DNA of 64,000 nucleotides from Myxococcales bacterium (GCA_043747615.1 JAYTOU010000003.1:1-64000); one strand, 5' to 3'; positions 1 through 9,847 are shown, numbered from the stretch's first letter. Numbers and translations are program-made. Notes: generated by a model not told the origin, from the letters alone.

Positions 1-2263
1 ATGCGCTGTCGCCGTCGACCTCACCGTAGCTCTGCTCGAATGCGATCTGCGCGCGCAAGCTGAGCGGCCTCTCTTGGCCGAAGAGACGGCCGAGGTAGCC
101 GCGGAGGATGGCGACCCCTTTGGTGTGGATCGACCCGCCAAGCTGGGCCTCGCGCTCGACGTCGATGATGCCCTCGCGACCGAGGGCGACGACGGCGGTG
201 ATCCGCATCGGCTGACCGAAGTCGACGTCCCCGGCGCTGAACACGCTGAGGCCGTTGACGACGCCGATACGTGTTCCCGAGGTACCCATGGCCACTTCGC
301 CGCGGACCGTGAGCTCTCGAATGTGCCTCTCCGCCGACCCCGCGCGATCGCGCCGCTCGCGCCATGCGACCTCGATGTCTTCCACGGTGACCAGCGTCAG
401 CTCCGGCGGCACGATCGACCCGCGGGGCGGACGGATCGAATCCGGATTCTCCGCCACGACGTCCGGAGGCATGGAGTCCGTTTCATCGCTGTCTGGTAGC
501 GCACCGCTCGCGCGTGCCGCGGCAAGAGCGCTCGCAAATGCAGCTGTTTCCTCGAGCGGCGAGAGGCTGAGAGCCAATCGTTCCTGATCCCCCGCGAGGC
601 GCGTTGCGAGATCGAGGAGCTTGGCGCGCGCTCCGCGATCAAAGGGGCCCCAGTCACGTTCCCTCGCCATCGCCATCAGGTACGCGTCGAGCAGCACGAG
701 CCGCTGGTTCGTTCGCGGAATGGAGGGCTCGACCTCCACCTTCACCCGGAAGAGCGCGGCGAAATCGGCGTCGGCCTCGAGCAGAGCGGAGTACAGCTGC
801 GCTGGCCCGACAAGCACCACCCGCAAACGGATCGGCACCGGCACGGGACGGAGCGACGTCGCGTAGAGGCCGAGCGGGCCGAGCGGATCTTCGGCACCAA
901 TCTGGCGCTCGCGAAGAATGCGCTTCATCCGCTCCCAGATGATCGGATCGGCGAGGAGATCGGCCGCGCGCACGATGAGCACACCGCCGGACGCCCTGTG
1001 AAGCGACCCCGAGCGAACGCGCGTAAAATCCGTGAGGAGAGCGCCGAAGCGCGCGCGACGTTCGAGGTACCCGAAGAGATTCGGGTAGGTCGGATTCGTT
1101 TCGTAAATGACCGGCGGCGGGGCTTCGGGATCGTTCGAGACGAGTAGGTTCACCCGGAAGCGATTGAGGCGAGTGGCATGCTCGGGATCGTGATCGCGCG
1201 TGCCGTCGCCGTCCGCGTTGTCTTCGGCGGTGTCGACGAGATCTTCCCAGTCGTCGATCAACGCTTGGCGGACGCGCTCGAGGTAACGGGCGAGCGGCTC
1301 CCCTCGGTCGGCGAAGGTCGCGATCACCTTCTGGGTCATCTCGTCGATCAGCGCTTCGGCGGCCTTGGAGAAGGCTTCGTCCCGCGCCTCTTGGTACTTT
1401 GCCCCCTCCGCGCGAACGAGCTGAGCTGCGCGCTCCACCTCGGACGTCAGTCGCTCCTCGGCCTCGGTGAGAGCGCGCTTCGTCGACTCGTCGAGGACGT
1501 CGAATTGCTCGGCGCTCACCGGCTTGCCGTGAAGGATGGGAAATGTCTGCACCCCGCCTTGCACCGCGCGGATCCCGAATCCCAGGTGTTTTGCCGTGGT
1601 TTCGAGATCGGTCAGGAAGGCTTTGTTGCGGACTTGCAGCTCCCGAGCGAGCGACGCCTGCGCTTGTTTGACGGAGTCGGCGCGCGCGATGGACGGGATC
1701 CCCTCGCACAGCTTGTCGATGAGCGTGTTCATCGTCTCGACGAGGACCGGTCCGATGCCCGCAGGCAAGAGGAGCGGCAGCGGTGCTGCAGGGTGATCGA
1801 AGTCGTGAACGTAGACGATGTCTGGCGGGGCCACCCGACCGCGCTGGTAGCGCTCGGCGTAGCGGAGAATGTCGTCCTCGATCATGACGTCTGATTCAGC
1901 GGCGACAAAGACGTGAAAGCTTGGCTCTCGCGCGGCGAGACCGAGCTCCAGGGCCCGACGCGCTACCGGCGAAACGAGCTCGAACAGGCCTCGGCTCTCC
2001 CGCGGCTCCTCGGGCAAGATCGAAGGGTCGGTGTGGATGGTGACTTTGTCCGGCGGGACGAGAAACGCAGCGCGCCCCTTCACGGAAGGCGGAAGGGCGG
2101 CGTCACTCCATGGAGCCGGAGGGATGTTCCCGTTCACTTTTTCAGAGGGCACCGTTTCCGCCGGCGGGACCGACGTGGGGGCGCGTTCATGCTCTGGCGC
2201 CGCGTCCTGCGTGGTCGCGCGCTCCGAGCCTGAAGATTTGGGCGTCTTATCGGACGGACACAT
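1..2263 (-). CDS. Lon-family (S16) protease, LonC/AAA_32 type; C-terminus runs off the window start
   Basis: Not in the ORF track because its stop lies outside the window. Manual translation from ATG 2263 gives YVHDFDHP, GSLHRASGGVLIV, GIIDVEREAQLGGSIHTKGVAIL and FEQSYGEVDGDSA (the catalytic Ser motif at the window edge). Confidence 0.88.
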   Translation of the reverse strand, partial: MCPSDKTPKSSGSERATTQDAAPEHERAPTSVPPAETVPSEKVNGNIPPAPWSDAALPPSVKGRAAFLVPPDKVTIHTDPSILPEEPRESRGLFELVSPVARRALELGLAAREPSFHVFVAAESDVMIEDDILRYAERYQRGRVAPPDIVYVHDFDHPAAPLPLLLPAGIGPVLVETMNTLIDKLCEGIPSIARADSVKQAQASLARELQVRNKAFLTDLETTAKHLGFGIRAVQGGVQTFPILHGKPVSAEQFDVLDESTKRALTEAEERLTSEVERAAQLVRAEGAKYQEARDEAFSKAAEALIDEMTQKVIATFADRGEPLARYLERVRQALIDDWEDLVDTAEDNADGDGTRDHDPEHATRLNRFRVNLLVSNDPEAPPPVIYETNPTYPNLFGYLERRARFGALLTDFTRVRSGSLHRASGGVLIVRAADLLADPIIWERMKRILRERQIGAEDPLGPLGLYATSLRPVPVPIRLRVVLVGPAQLYSALLEADADFAALFRVKVEVEPSIPRTNQRLVLLDAYLMAMARERDWGPFDRGARAKLLDLATRLAGDQERLALSLSPLEETAAFASALAAARASGALPDSDETDSMPPDVVAENPDSIRPPRGSIVPPELTLVTVEDIEVAWRERRDRAGSAERHIRELTVRGEVAMGTSGTRIGVVNGLSVFSAGDVDFGQPMRITAVVALGREGIIDVEREAQLGGSIHTKGVAILRGYLGRLFGQERPLSLRAQIAFEQSYGEVDGDSA

Positions 2264-2392
2264 CGGGTGAGAGCCGATCTCCGAGTCTATCAGAGTTTCA
2301 AAAGCGCAGGACTTCGTTTCGCTTCGTGCTGATGGGGCGTCTTCCCTCTGTCCGCGGGGAATTCCCTGAGCTACTGTCGTGTCAGGCTTCTT

Positions 2393-4309
2393 ATGGCACG
2401 ACTTATACTCGCGACCGCCGAGGGGCAGCAGGCGATTGAGCTTCGTCCTGCCAATAGCCTCGGCCGGCATCCGAACAACTCGATTCAGCTCCTCGACAAG
2501 ATCGTGTCGAAGGAGCACTGCATTCTCGAGCTTCGAGATGGCCAGTTCGTGCTGCGCGATCTCGGCAGCCTCAACGGAACGTACATCAACGGCGAGCGGG
2601 TACGCGGCGAGCAGCTCCTTCGTCACGGAGACGAGATCGCCCTCGGGTCGACCCGCGCGCGTTACGACGACGGCACTAGCCCGCTGAATTTTGCTCCGCT
2701 GGCCATTGGGCCCGGGGCCATTCAGCAACCGGCTCCGAGCGCCGCGCCACCGGGCAGTTGGCAGCAACCTCCCGCAGCCACCGCGCCGCGATCCAATCAG
2801 CCTGTCATGGGCCAGCCCCAGGGCCAGATGCCCGGGATGCCAAGTCAGGGCCAAGGAAACCAGCCGCCCGGCAGCAAGTATCCGGCGAACCCGCCAAACT
2901 ATCAGCCCTCCGGCGCTCCGATCACGGCGCCGATGGGGGCGAACCTAGCGCAGCAGGCACCCTACACCGCACAGCGCCAGGCCGTCCTTCAAGGTGGCCA
3001 TCGTCCCCCGAGCCTCGGCGGAACGCGGGTCGACGTCCTCGATTCCGCCCGCGCGATCGGAACGCAAATCGCCGCGCTTACGAAGGGCTTTCTCCCCTTC
3101 GATCAGATCGCACACGATCCTCAGCAGCTCAAGGTGGACTACGAGCGTCTGCGCATCACCTGGGAGCTCACACGGGACATCGGTCTCGAGCGCGACCTCG
3201 ACAAGCTGCTCGAAAAAATTCTGCTCGCCCTCTTCAAGTTCGTCAACGCAGACCGCGGGGTCATTCTCCTTCGCGAGCCGGACGGTCAGCTCCTGCCGCG
3301 AGCGGCCCGCCGGCGTGACGGCACCGATGCGCCGATTCAAGTTTCTTCCACGATCCTGAATCACGTCGTGAACGAGAAGAAGAGCGTCATCACCCACGAT
3401 GCCTCGATGGACTTTGCGGCGTCCAAGGGGAAATCGATGATCCTGAACCGGATCTCGAGCGCGATCGTGGTGCCGCTCCTTCACGAGAAAGACGTGCTCG
3501 GCGCCCTCTGGCTCGACAGCGAGTCCCTCGCGCAATTCCAGCAGAAGGATCTCGAGGTCATCACTTCGGTAGGAAATCAGGCGGCTCTCTTCATCGAGAA
3601 CACGCTCCTCGGCAAGAAGATCGAGCAAGAAATCGTGACGCGTGAGCGCTTCTCGCGCCTCTTGTCGCCGAACGTCGCCGCTCAGGTCATCAGCGGAAAG
3701 CTGGAGATCAAGAAAGGCGGTCAGCTCGTTCAAGAGTGCACCGTTTTCAACAGCGACATCCGCGGCTTCACCCGGATGAGCGAGGGCACGACGGCCGAGC
3801 TGATGGTCGACATGCTCAACGATTATTTCGAAGAGATGGTGGCGGCGATCTTCAAGTACGAAGGCACCCTCGACAAATTCATGGGCGACGGAATCATGGC
3901 GCTCTGGGGCGCACCCGCGCCGCATCCCGACGACGTCATCCGATGCGTGCAGAGTGCACTCGATCAAATGGAAGTCCTCGGCACTTTCAACCGTCGGCGC
4001 ATGGATCTCGGCCTCGCCCCGCTCGGCATCGGCATGGGCATCCACACTGGCCCCCTCGTCGCCGGCTATGTCGGAAGCTCGAAAGCGCTCAGCTACACGG
4101 TCATCGGTGACACCGCGAACACGAGCGCGCGTCTCTGCGGGATCGCCAACGCCGGCCAGATCATCGTCAGCGAGAGCACCCTCGCCCGCCTGGGCCAGCG
4201 CTTCGAGGTGGAGGAGCTTCCGGCGGCCAGCCTCAAAGGCAAAGAAAAGCCGCTTCGGATCTACAACGTGAAGCGCGAAAAATTGAGCGCCGCAGCCAAA
4301 GTCGGCTGA
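2393..4309 (+). CDS. FHA-GAF-class III adenylate cyclase
   Basis: N-terminal FHA (LGR..VSKEH..DLGSLNGT), P/Q-rich linker, GAF region, cyclase motifs SDIRGFT, DKFMGDG, GIHTG and TVIGDTANTSARL. Confidence 0.92.
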   Translation: MARLILATAEGQQAIELRPANSLGRHPNNSIQLLDKIVSKEHCILELRDGQFVLRDLGSLNGTYINGERVRGEQLLRHGDEIALGSTRARYDDGTSPLNFAPLAIGPGAIQQPAPSAAPPGSWQQPPAATAPRSNQPVMGQPQGQMPGMPSQGQGNQPPGSKYPANPPNYQPSGAPITAPMGANLAQQAPYTAQRQAVLQGGHRPPSLGGTRVDVLDSARAIGTQIAALTKGFLPFDQIAHDPQQLKVDYERLRITWELTRDIGLERDLDKLLEKILLALFKFVNADRGVILLREPDGQLLPRAARRRDGTDAPIQVSSTILNHVVNEKKSVITHDASMDFAASKGKSMILNRISSAIVVPLLHEKDVLGALWLDSESLAQFQQKDLEVITSVGNQAALFIENTLLGKKIEQEIVTRERFSRLLSPNVAAQVISGKLEIKKGGQLVQECTVFNSDIRGFTRMSEGTTAELMVDMLNDYFEEMVAAIFKYEGTLDKFMGDGIMALWGAPAPHPDDVIRCVQSALDQMEVLGTFNRRRMDLGLAPLGIGMGIHTGPLVAGYVGSSKALSYTVIGDTANTSARLCGIANAGQIIVSESTLARLGQRFEVEELPAASLKGKEKPLRIYNVKREKLSAAAKVG

Positions 4310-4344
4310 CACTTCCAACCAACAGGAATCCGATCCGATATCCG

Positions 4345-5298
4345 ATGGCGGCGTACGTCCTTCCGTTCGAGAAGCCGGTGGTCGATCTGGTGTCGCGCGT
4401 GCGCGAGCTGCGAATGCTTGCCCAGAGCGATCGTCAGTTCGAGCAAGAGCTGAAGCGCCTCGAAGAAAAAACGGGACGGCTCGCGCGCGAGCTGTTTGCC
4501 GGGCTCACGCCGTGGCAGAAGGTCCAGCTGTCGCGGCATCCCAATCGTCCGTACACGCTCGACTACATCGAGCATCTGATGGACGACTTTCAAGAGCTGC
4601 ACGGCGATCGGGTGTTCGGCGAAGACGCCTCGATCGTGGCCGGATTTGCACGCTACCGCGGCCGGAGCGTAATGGTTCTCGGACACCAAAAAGGGCGCGG
4701 GGCCAAGGAGAACGTGAAGCGCAACTTCGGGATGCCTAACCCCGAGGGCTACCGAAAGGCGCGCCGTCTCTACGATCTGGCCAACCGTTTTGGTTTGCCG
4801 ATTCTCACCTTCATCGACACGCCTGGCGCCTACCCCGGCATCGGCGCCGAAGAGCGCGGGCAGAGCGAGGCCATCGGGGCGTGCCTCGCTGCGATGGCCC
4901 GGTGCAAGGTGCCGATCATAGCGACCATCATCGGTGAGGGTGGCAGCGGCGGGGCCCTCGCGCTCGGCGTCGCCAACCGCGTGCACGTCCTCGAATACGG
5001 CACCTACAGCGTGATCTCACCCGAAGGCTGCGCGTCGATCCTATGGAAAGACGGGAGCAAGTCGGACGAAGCGGCGATGCGCATGAAAATGACCGCGCCG
5101 GATCTCTTGCAGCTCGGCGTCGTCGATCGCGTTGTGGAGGAGCCCGCGGGCGGTGCCCATCAAGACCCGAAAGCCGCCGCAGGCTTGGTCGACGCAGCGC
5201 TCACCGAAGCCCTCCGCGATCTCCTCCGCCTCACCCCCGACGAGCTGATGGACGATCGCTACAATCGCTTCCGCGCGCTTGGGGCATTCGTGGCTTGA
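4345..5298 (+). CDS. accA: Acetyl-CoA carboxylase carboxyltransferase alpha subunit
   Basis: SRHPNRPYTLDY, NFGMPNPEGYRKA, DTPGAYPGIGAEERGQSEAI, GEGGSGGALA. Confidence 0.97.
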   Translation: MAAYVLPFEKPVVDLVSRVRELRMLAQSDRQFEQELKRLEEKTGRLARELFAGLTPWQKVQLSRHPNRPYTLDYIEHLMDDFQELHGDRVFGEDASIVAGFARYRGRSVMVLGHQKGRGAKENVKRNFGMPNPEGYRKARRLYDLANRFGLPILTFIDTPGAYPGIGAEERGQSEAIGACLAAMARCKVPIIATIIGEGGSGGALALGVANRVHVLEYGTYSVISPEGCASILWKDGSKSDEAAMRMKMTAPDLLQLGVVDRVVEEPAGGAHQDPKAAAGLVDAALTEALRDLLRLTPDELMDDRYNRFRALGAFVA

Positions 5299-5326
5299 AC
5301 CTGAGAGACGGTTTGAGGAGACCAAC

Positions 5327-6085
5327 ATGAGCGTTTCATTCAGCCTCGAAGGCAAGGTTGCGATCATCACGGGAGCGAGCCGCGGCATCGGAGAAGCGAT
5401 CGCGCGAGCGTTCGTCTCGCACGGGGCGAGGGTCGTCGTCGCATCTCGCAAGATCGATGGCGTGGGCGGTGTGGCCAAATCCATCGGGGTCTCGGCCTTC
5501 GCCGTCGCCGCCCACACCGGCAAGGAAGAAGACTGCAAAGGGCTTGTTTCCAGCGCGGTTGAGCGCTTCGGAAAGGTCGACATCCTCGTCAACAACGCTG
5601 CAACCAATCCCTACTTCGGTCCGATGCTCGACACCGACATGGGCGCCTGGGACAAGACGTTCGAGGTCAACCTCAAAGGTTATTTCTGGATGGCTCGCGA
5701 AGTGGCGAAGCACCTCCAAGCGCGGAACGCACCCGGATCGATCGTCTCCGTGGCCAGCGTCGCCGGCCTCGAGGCGGCCCCCCTCCAGGGCGTCTACGGG
5801 ATGACGAAGGCCAGCATCATCTCCATGACCAAGACCCTCGCCTTCGAGCTCGCGGGCTCGAAAATCCGCGTCAACGCCATCGCTCCCGGGCTCGTGAATA
5901 CACGCCTTGCTAGCGCCATCGTAGAAAACGAGGATCTCGTGAAGTTGGCCATGCGCAAGACTCCGCTCGGCCGCACTGCGGAGCCCGACGAGATCGCCGG
6001 GGGCGCGCTCTTCCTCGCAAGCGATGCGGCCAGCTACCTCACGGGCCACACGCTGGTCATCGACGGCGGCTTGACCATTAGCTGA
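5327..6085 (+). CDS. Short-chain dehydrogenase/reductase
   Basis: TGASRGIG, NNAA, YGMTK catalytic motif; GAGGAG RBS upstream of ATG 5327. Confidence 0.93.
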   Translation: MSVSFSLEGKVAIITGASRGIGEAIARAFVSHGARVVVASRKIDGVGGVAKSIGVSAFAVAAHTGKEEDCKGLVSSAVERFGKVDILVNNAATNPYFGPMLDTDMGAWDKTFEVNLKGYFWMAREVAKHLQARNAPGSIVSVASVAGLEAAPLQGVYGMTKASIISMTKTLAFELAGSKIRVNAIAPGLVNTRLASAIVENEDLVKLAMRKTPLGRTAEPDEIAGGALFLASDAASYLTGHTLVIDGGLTIS

Positions 6086-6185
6086 GCGTCGCAAGTACAA
6101 AATCGCCATGTAGGACTTTGTGTGGTTTCCAGGATTCTCTCGGGGTAGACAAGGGCCGGCCGATTAGCGACCGCCGCTCGATCAC

Positions 6186-7727
6186 ATGGAACCGGGGCAT
6201 ACAATTGCGGGTAAATACCGCCTAAATCAGCTTCTCGGCACGGGAGGCATGGCCACCGTCTGGTCTGCGACCAACGTCTTCACTGAGCGGCAATTCGCCA
6301 TCAAGTTCATGCTCCCGAGCCTGTCCCGTACGCCAGAGGCGGCCCGGCGGTTCCTGATGGAAGCCAAGGCCTCGGCCCGCATCAACCATCCGAACATCAT
6401 CGAGGTGATCGACGTCGGTCAGGCCGAAGACGGCGCGCTCTTCATGGTGATGGAGCTCCTTACCGGCATCTCGCTCGAGACGGCGCTCCGCCGGCAGAAC
6501 CCGCCGATGGTGGCGTACGAGTTTGCGCTAATCATGCTCGACGTCGCGCGCGCGCTCGCGGCCGCCCACACGAACGGCGTCATTCATCGCGATCTGAAGC
6601 CCAGCAACATCTTCCTTCACAAGGATCGCAACGGCGTCGCCGTCCCCAAGCTCCTCGACTTCGGCGTGAGCAAGTTCCTCGAAGAAGAAGGCTCGACGGC
6701 CCTCACCATCGCCGGAACGGTGCTCGGCTCACCGATGTACATGAGCCCCGAGCAGGCGAAGGGGGCAGCCGGTATCGATCACCGCACCGACGTCTTCGCC
6801 TTCGGATCCATCCTGTTCGAGGCCCTCGTCGGCTACCGCTGCTACGACGCTCCGAACTTCAACGCGCTCATCGTGGCCATCGCGACCACCAAGCCGCTGA
6901 ACATTTACGACTGCGGTCCGAATGTCGCCGAGCCATTGAGGGCGCTCATTGCCGACTGCCTCGTCGTCGAGCGCGAAAAACGAATCAGCTCGTTCGAGCA
7001 GATCGTGGATCGGCTCGATCTGGCGATGCCACTGCTCAAAGACGACATCAGGCGCATCCCCTCCCCCCGCCGCGAAGGTCCTTCATCCGATCCCGATGCC
7101 ACCAACGCGCTCCCGGCGATCGTTAGGCCCAGCGATCGCCCGCCGCCGTACCATCCCCACGAGTCTCCGGGCGTCTCCGCTCCCGGGCCGCAGCAGCACG
7201 TTCCGGTCGGCAACTTCAGCGCGCCCTGGGGAACGACGATGAACCGTCGCGGAGGGCGGTTCGGTAGCGCGCTCTACTCCAAAGAAGCGGCGATGATCGT
7301 CGCGGGGGGTGTCCTCGCAATCGGTATTGTCGTCTCGACGGCGATGCTATTTTTCAATTTCGGATCGCACCACAACGCCGTGGTCGGCGCACCTTCCTTG
7401 TCGGCAACCGCGGTGCCCGTGCCCGCTCCAGCCTCGACCGAGCTCGAAGAGCCGCCGAGCGTGAGCGTCGATACGCTCCCCGTCGTGAACGGAAAAGGGC
7501 CCGCGAGCCCAGTGTTCAAGGGTTCCGGCCACCTCCTCGTCGCCGCCACGCCATGGTGCACCCTGTTCGTCGACGGTGCGACCAAGGGCCCGACGCCGGT
7601 GTCGGTCGCGCTTGGCGCTGGTCCCCATCAGCTCCGTTGCGATCCACCGAGCGGCAAACCGAAAATATCGAGCGTCACGATTCTCGACGGAGCGACCGCC
7701 CGCTACAAATTCACGTTTCCGGAGTAG
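6186..7727 (+). CDS. Membrane-spanning Ser/Thr protein kinase with C-terminal PEGA-like domain
   Basis: LGTGGMATV, AIK, HRDLKPSN, DFG, YMSPEQ; a hydrophobic segment, then LFVDG...TP...LGAGPHQL. Confidence 0.92.
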   Translation: MEPGHTIAGKYRLNQLLGTGGMATVWSATNVFTERQFAIKFMLPSLSRTPEAARRFLMEAKASARINHPNIIEVIDVGQAEDGALFMVMELLTGISLETALRRQNPPMVAYEFALIMLDVARALAAAHTNGVIHRDLKPSNIFLHKDRNGVAVPKLLDFGVSKFLEEEGSTALTIAGTVLGSPMYMSPEQAKGAAGIDHRTDVFAFGSILFEALVGYRCYDAPNFNALIVAIATTKPLNIYDCGPNVAEPLRALIADCLVVEREKRISSFEQIVDRLDLAMPLLKDDIRRIPSPRREGPSSDPDATNALPAIVRPSDRPPPYHPHESPGVSAPGPQQHVPVGNFSAPWGTTMNRRGGRFGSALYSKEAAMIVAGGVLAIGIVVSTAMLFFNFGSHHNAVVGAPSLSATAVPVPAPASTELEEPPSVSVDTLPVVNGKGPASPVFKGSGHLLVAATPWCTLFVDGATKGPTPVSVALGAGPHQLRCDPPSGKPKISSVTILDGATARYKFTFPE

Positions 7728-7736
7728 TCCCTCCGC

Positions 7737-8534
7737 ATGACAGAGACGCTCATCCAAGAAATGCTCGCGGATGCCTGTTTTCGCGCAGGATCTGCCGAGG
7801 AATTCTCGAGGGACTTGCGGGCGTACCTCGAGTCGCAGCGCGTGCCCGAAGATGACATCCAAGCGATGCTCGCGGGGCCGCGGCGTCTCGGGATCTACCG
7901 GCGCCTGGTGCGAAACAACCTCGAGGGAGTCACACGCAAGCTCCTCGCTAGAACGCGCGCGCGATTCGAAGGCGCCTTCGACGAGACCTTCGACGCCTTC
8001 ATCGAGGAGGTAGGTCCGCGCACGCATTACCTTCGCGATGTCCCTTCGGAGTTCCTCGCCTGGGTCGGCCCGCGCTGGGCAACACGCGCCGACGTCCCGT
8101 CGTACGCGTGCGATCTAGCGACCCACGAGCTCGTAGAGTTCGCAGTGGGCATCGCCCCGAAACCTCGACAGATCGAGGCACTTGGAGACATCACCGTGGA
8201 GCGCTCCCTCGTCTTCGCGGACGCACTTCGCCTCGTTCGCTACGCGCACGCCGTGCATCGGCTTCCGAGCGAGCCCGAGGATCGCACCGCGCCCGCGAAG
8301 GAATCGGTCACGCTTCTCGTCTACCGTGACGACGCCGACGCGGTCCGCTTTCTCGAGCTGACGCCGCTCGCCGCGAACATCACGGAGCGACTCCTCGGCG
8401 GCTCGCCTCTCGCAGCTGCACTTGGCCCTGCGTGCGCCGAACACGAGATCACCCTCGATGACGCCGTGCTCGCCGACATCGCTCGCCTCCTCGCCGACTT
8501 CGCAGAGCGCGGCATCCTCCTCGGCGCGATCTAG
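7737..8534 (+). CDS. DUF2063-type MNIO partner protein (BufC/HvfC-like)
   Basis: RLGIYRRLVRNNL, THYLRDVPSEFLAW, DLATHE, LLVYRD..VRFLELTPLA; its stop overlaps the DUF692 stop (CTAG 8531-8534). Confidence 0.8.
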   Translation: MTETLIQEMLADACFRAGSAEEFSRDLRAYLESQRVPEDDIQAMLAGPRRLGIYRRLVRNNLEGVTRKLLARTRARFEGAFDETFDAFIEEVGPRTHYLRDVPSEFLAWVGPRWATRADVPSYACDLATHELVEFAVGIAPKPRQIEALGDITVERSLVFADALRLVRYAHAVHRLPSEPEDRTAPAKESVTLLVYRDDADAVRFLELTPLAANITERLLGGSPLAAALGPACAEHEITLDDAVLADIARLLADFAERGILLGAI

Positions 8535-9424
8535 CCCGACCCAGCCGACGCGCAGATCGCCTTTATTTTTGCGATCTCCGTGAGTAATCCGGCAAGTGGC
8601 GGGATCGCCTGATCGCGCTCGAGGACCACCGGCACGGGCCCGGTGCGCGGAAGAACGTAGGCCAGCAGCTCGAACACCGGATCGGGCACGTCGGCACCGT
8701 GGGTATCGAGGATCACGGTCTCCACCCCTTCGTCGAACCGCTCGTGACCCGCCACGTGGATCTGCACGACGCGATCGAGCGGCACGGTGTCCATCCACGC
8801 TTTTGGATCGAAGTTGAAATTCGTCGCGTTGACGTACGCGTTGTTCACATCGAGCATCAGCCCGCAGTCGGCCTTCTCGCACACCCGGGCGACGAACTCC
8901 GCCTCGCTCATCTGCGCTTTTCCCGGATGCATGTAGAAGCTGATGTTCTCGATCGCCATCGGCACGCCGAGAGCGTCTTGAGCCCGCTTTACTCGGTCGG
9001 CGACGCGATCGACCGCCTCCTGTGTGAAGGCGATCGGTAAGAGATCGTGCATCACGCGCCCCGCGGACGCACCAAAACAAAGATGGTCGGAGTGCCACGG
9101 GCTCTTCACCTCGTGGATGAACGCTCGGAGCTCACGCATGTAGGAGGGATCGAGAGCGTCGACGCCGCCGAGTGACATCGTGAGCCCGTGAGTCACGATC
9201 GGATACGAGGCCGCCGCACGCGCGAGAAGGGCCGGGAAATGCCCGCCTCGCCCCATGTAATTCTCGGGTGAGACCTCTAGAAAATCAATCGCCTCGGGAA
9301 GCTGCTCGACGAGCTCGTCGATGAACTCCCAGCGCAGGCCAAGGCCCACACCCGCGATACGAGAATCCCGGGCGTGGCGCTGACGTTTCGTTAGAGAACC
9401 TTCTTCTTCGCGTCGGCCGAGCAT
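8531..9424 (-). CDS. DUF692 multinuclear non-heme iron oxidative enzyme (MNIO); true start possibly GTG 9349
   Basis: GVGLGLR, FLEVSPENYM, HGLTMSLGG, WHSDHLC, HDLLP, IENISFY, LDVNNAYVN, QIHVAGH, DTHG, VVLERD. Confidence 0.95.
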   Translation of the reverse strand: MLGRREEEGSLTKRQRHARDSRIAGVGLGLRWEFIDELVEQLPEAIDFLEVSPENYMGRGGHFPALLARAAASYPIVTHGLTMSLGGVDALDPSYMRELRAFIHEVKSPWHSDHLCFGASAGRVMHDLLPIAFTQEAVDRVADRVKRAQDALGVPMAIENISFYMHPGKAQMSEAEFVARVCEKADCGLMLDVNNAYVNATNFNFDPKAWMDTVPLDRVVQIHVAGHERFDEGVETVILDTHGADVPDPVFELLAYVLPRTGPVPVVLERDQAIPPLAGLLTEIAKIKAICASAGSG

Positions 9425-9789
9425 GTTCCGGCCCCGCAGCTCGCCTGACCCGCGCCGGGCTTCTTTCCGGGGCCAGATTTGCCTGCCGGCTTCTTGGAGT
9501 CGGTCGCCGTCGTCGTGGTGGTCGCGGCCGCCGGCGTGGTGGTCGTGGTCGTGGTGGTCGGGTTGGCAGAACCTGCTGCTCCGCTCGCCGCGCTCGTCGA
9601 GGGGGTGGTCGGGTCAGCGGGCTTCGCGTCGGCCGTCGTGGGAGTCGCTGGCGCAGAGGGAACTTCCGTCGCTTGCACAGGCGACGTAGCCGCCGGTTTG
9701 TCTGCGCCACCGCAGGCTGCCATGAAAGCGCTCGTCCCGAGAACGGCGAGTGCGCCCGCGACTTGCTGAAGAGAAATAGTAGGCCTCAT
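9391..9789 (-). CDS. Lipoprotein, putative MNIO precursor with C-terminal CxxxxC core
   Basis: Signal peptide with lipobox MAA-C26, Thr/Pro/Ala-rich linker, Lys-rich segment, ends QASCGAGTCSADAKKKVL; AAGGAG RBS; directly upstream of DUF692. Confidence 0.75.
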   Translation of the reverse strand: MRPTISLQQVAGALAVLGTSAFMAACGGADKPAATSPVQATEVPSAPATPTTADAKPADPTTPSTSAASGAAGSANPTTTTTTTTPAAATTTTTATDSKKPAGKSGPGKKPGAGQASCGAGTCSADAKKKVL

Positions 9790-9847
9790 ATCGGTATGCT
9801 CCTTGGGTGATCAATGCAGTGATTTAGATGAATATCTGTGGCGAAGG

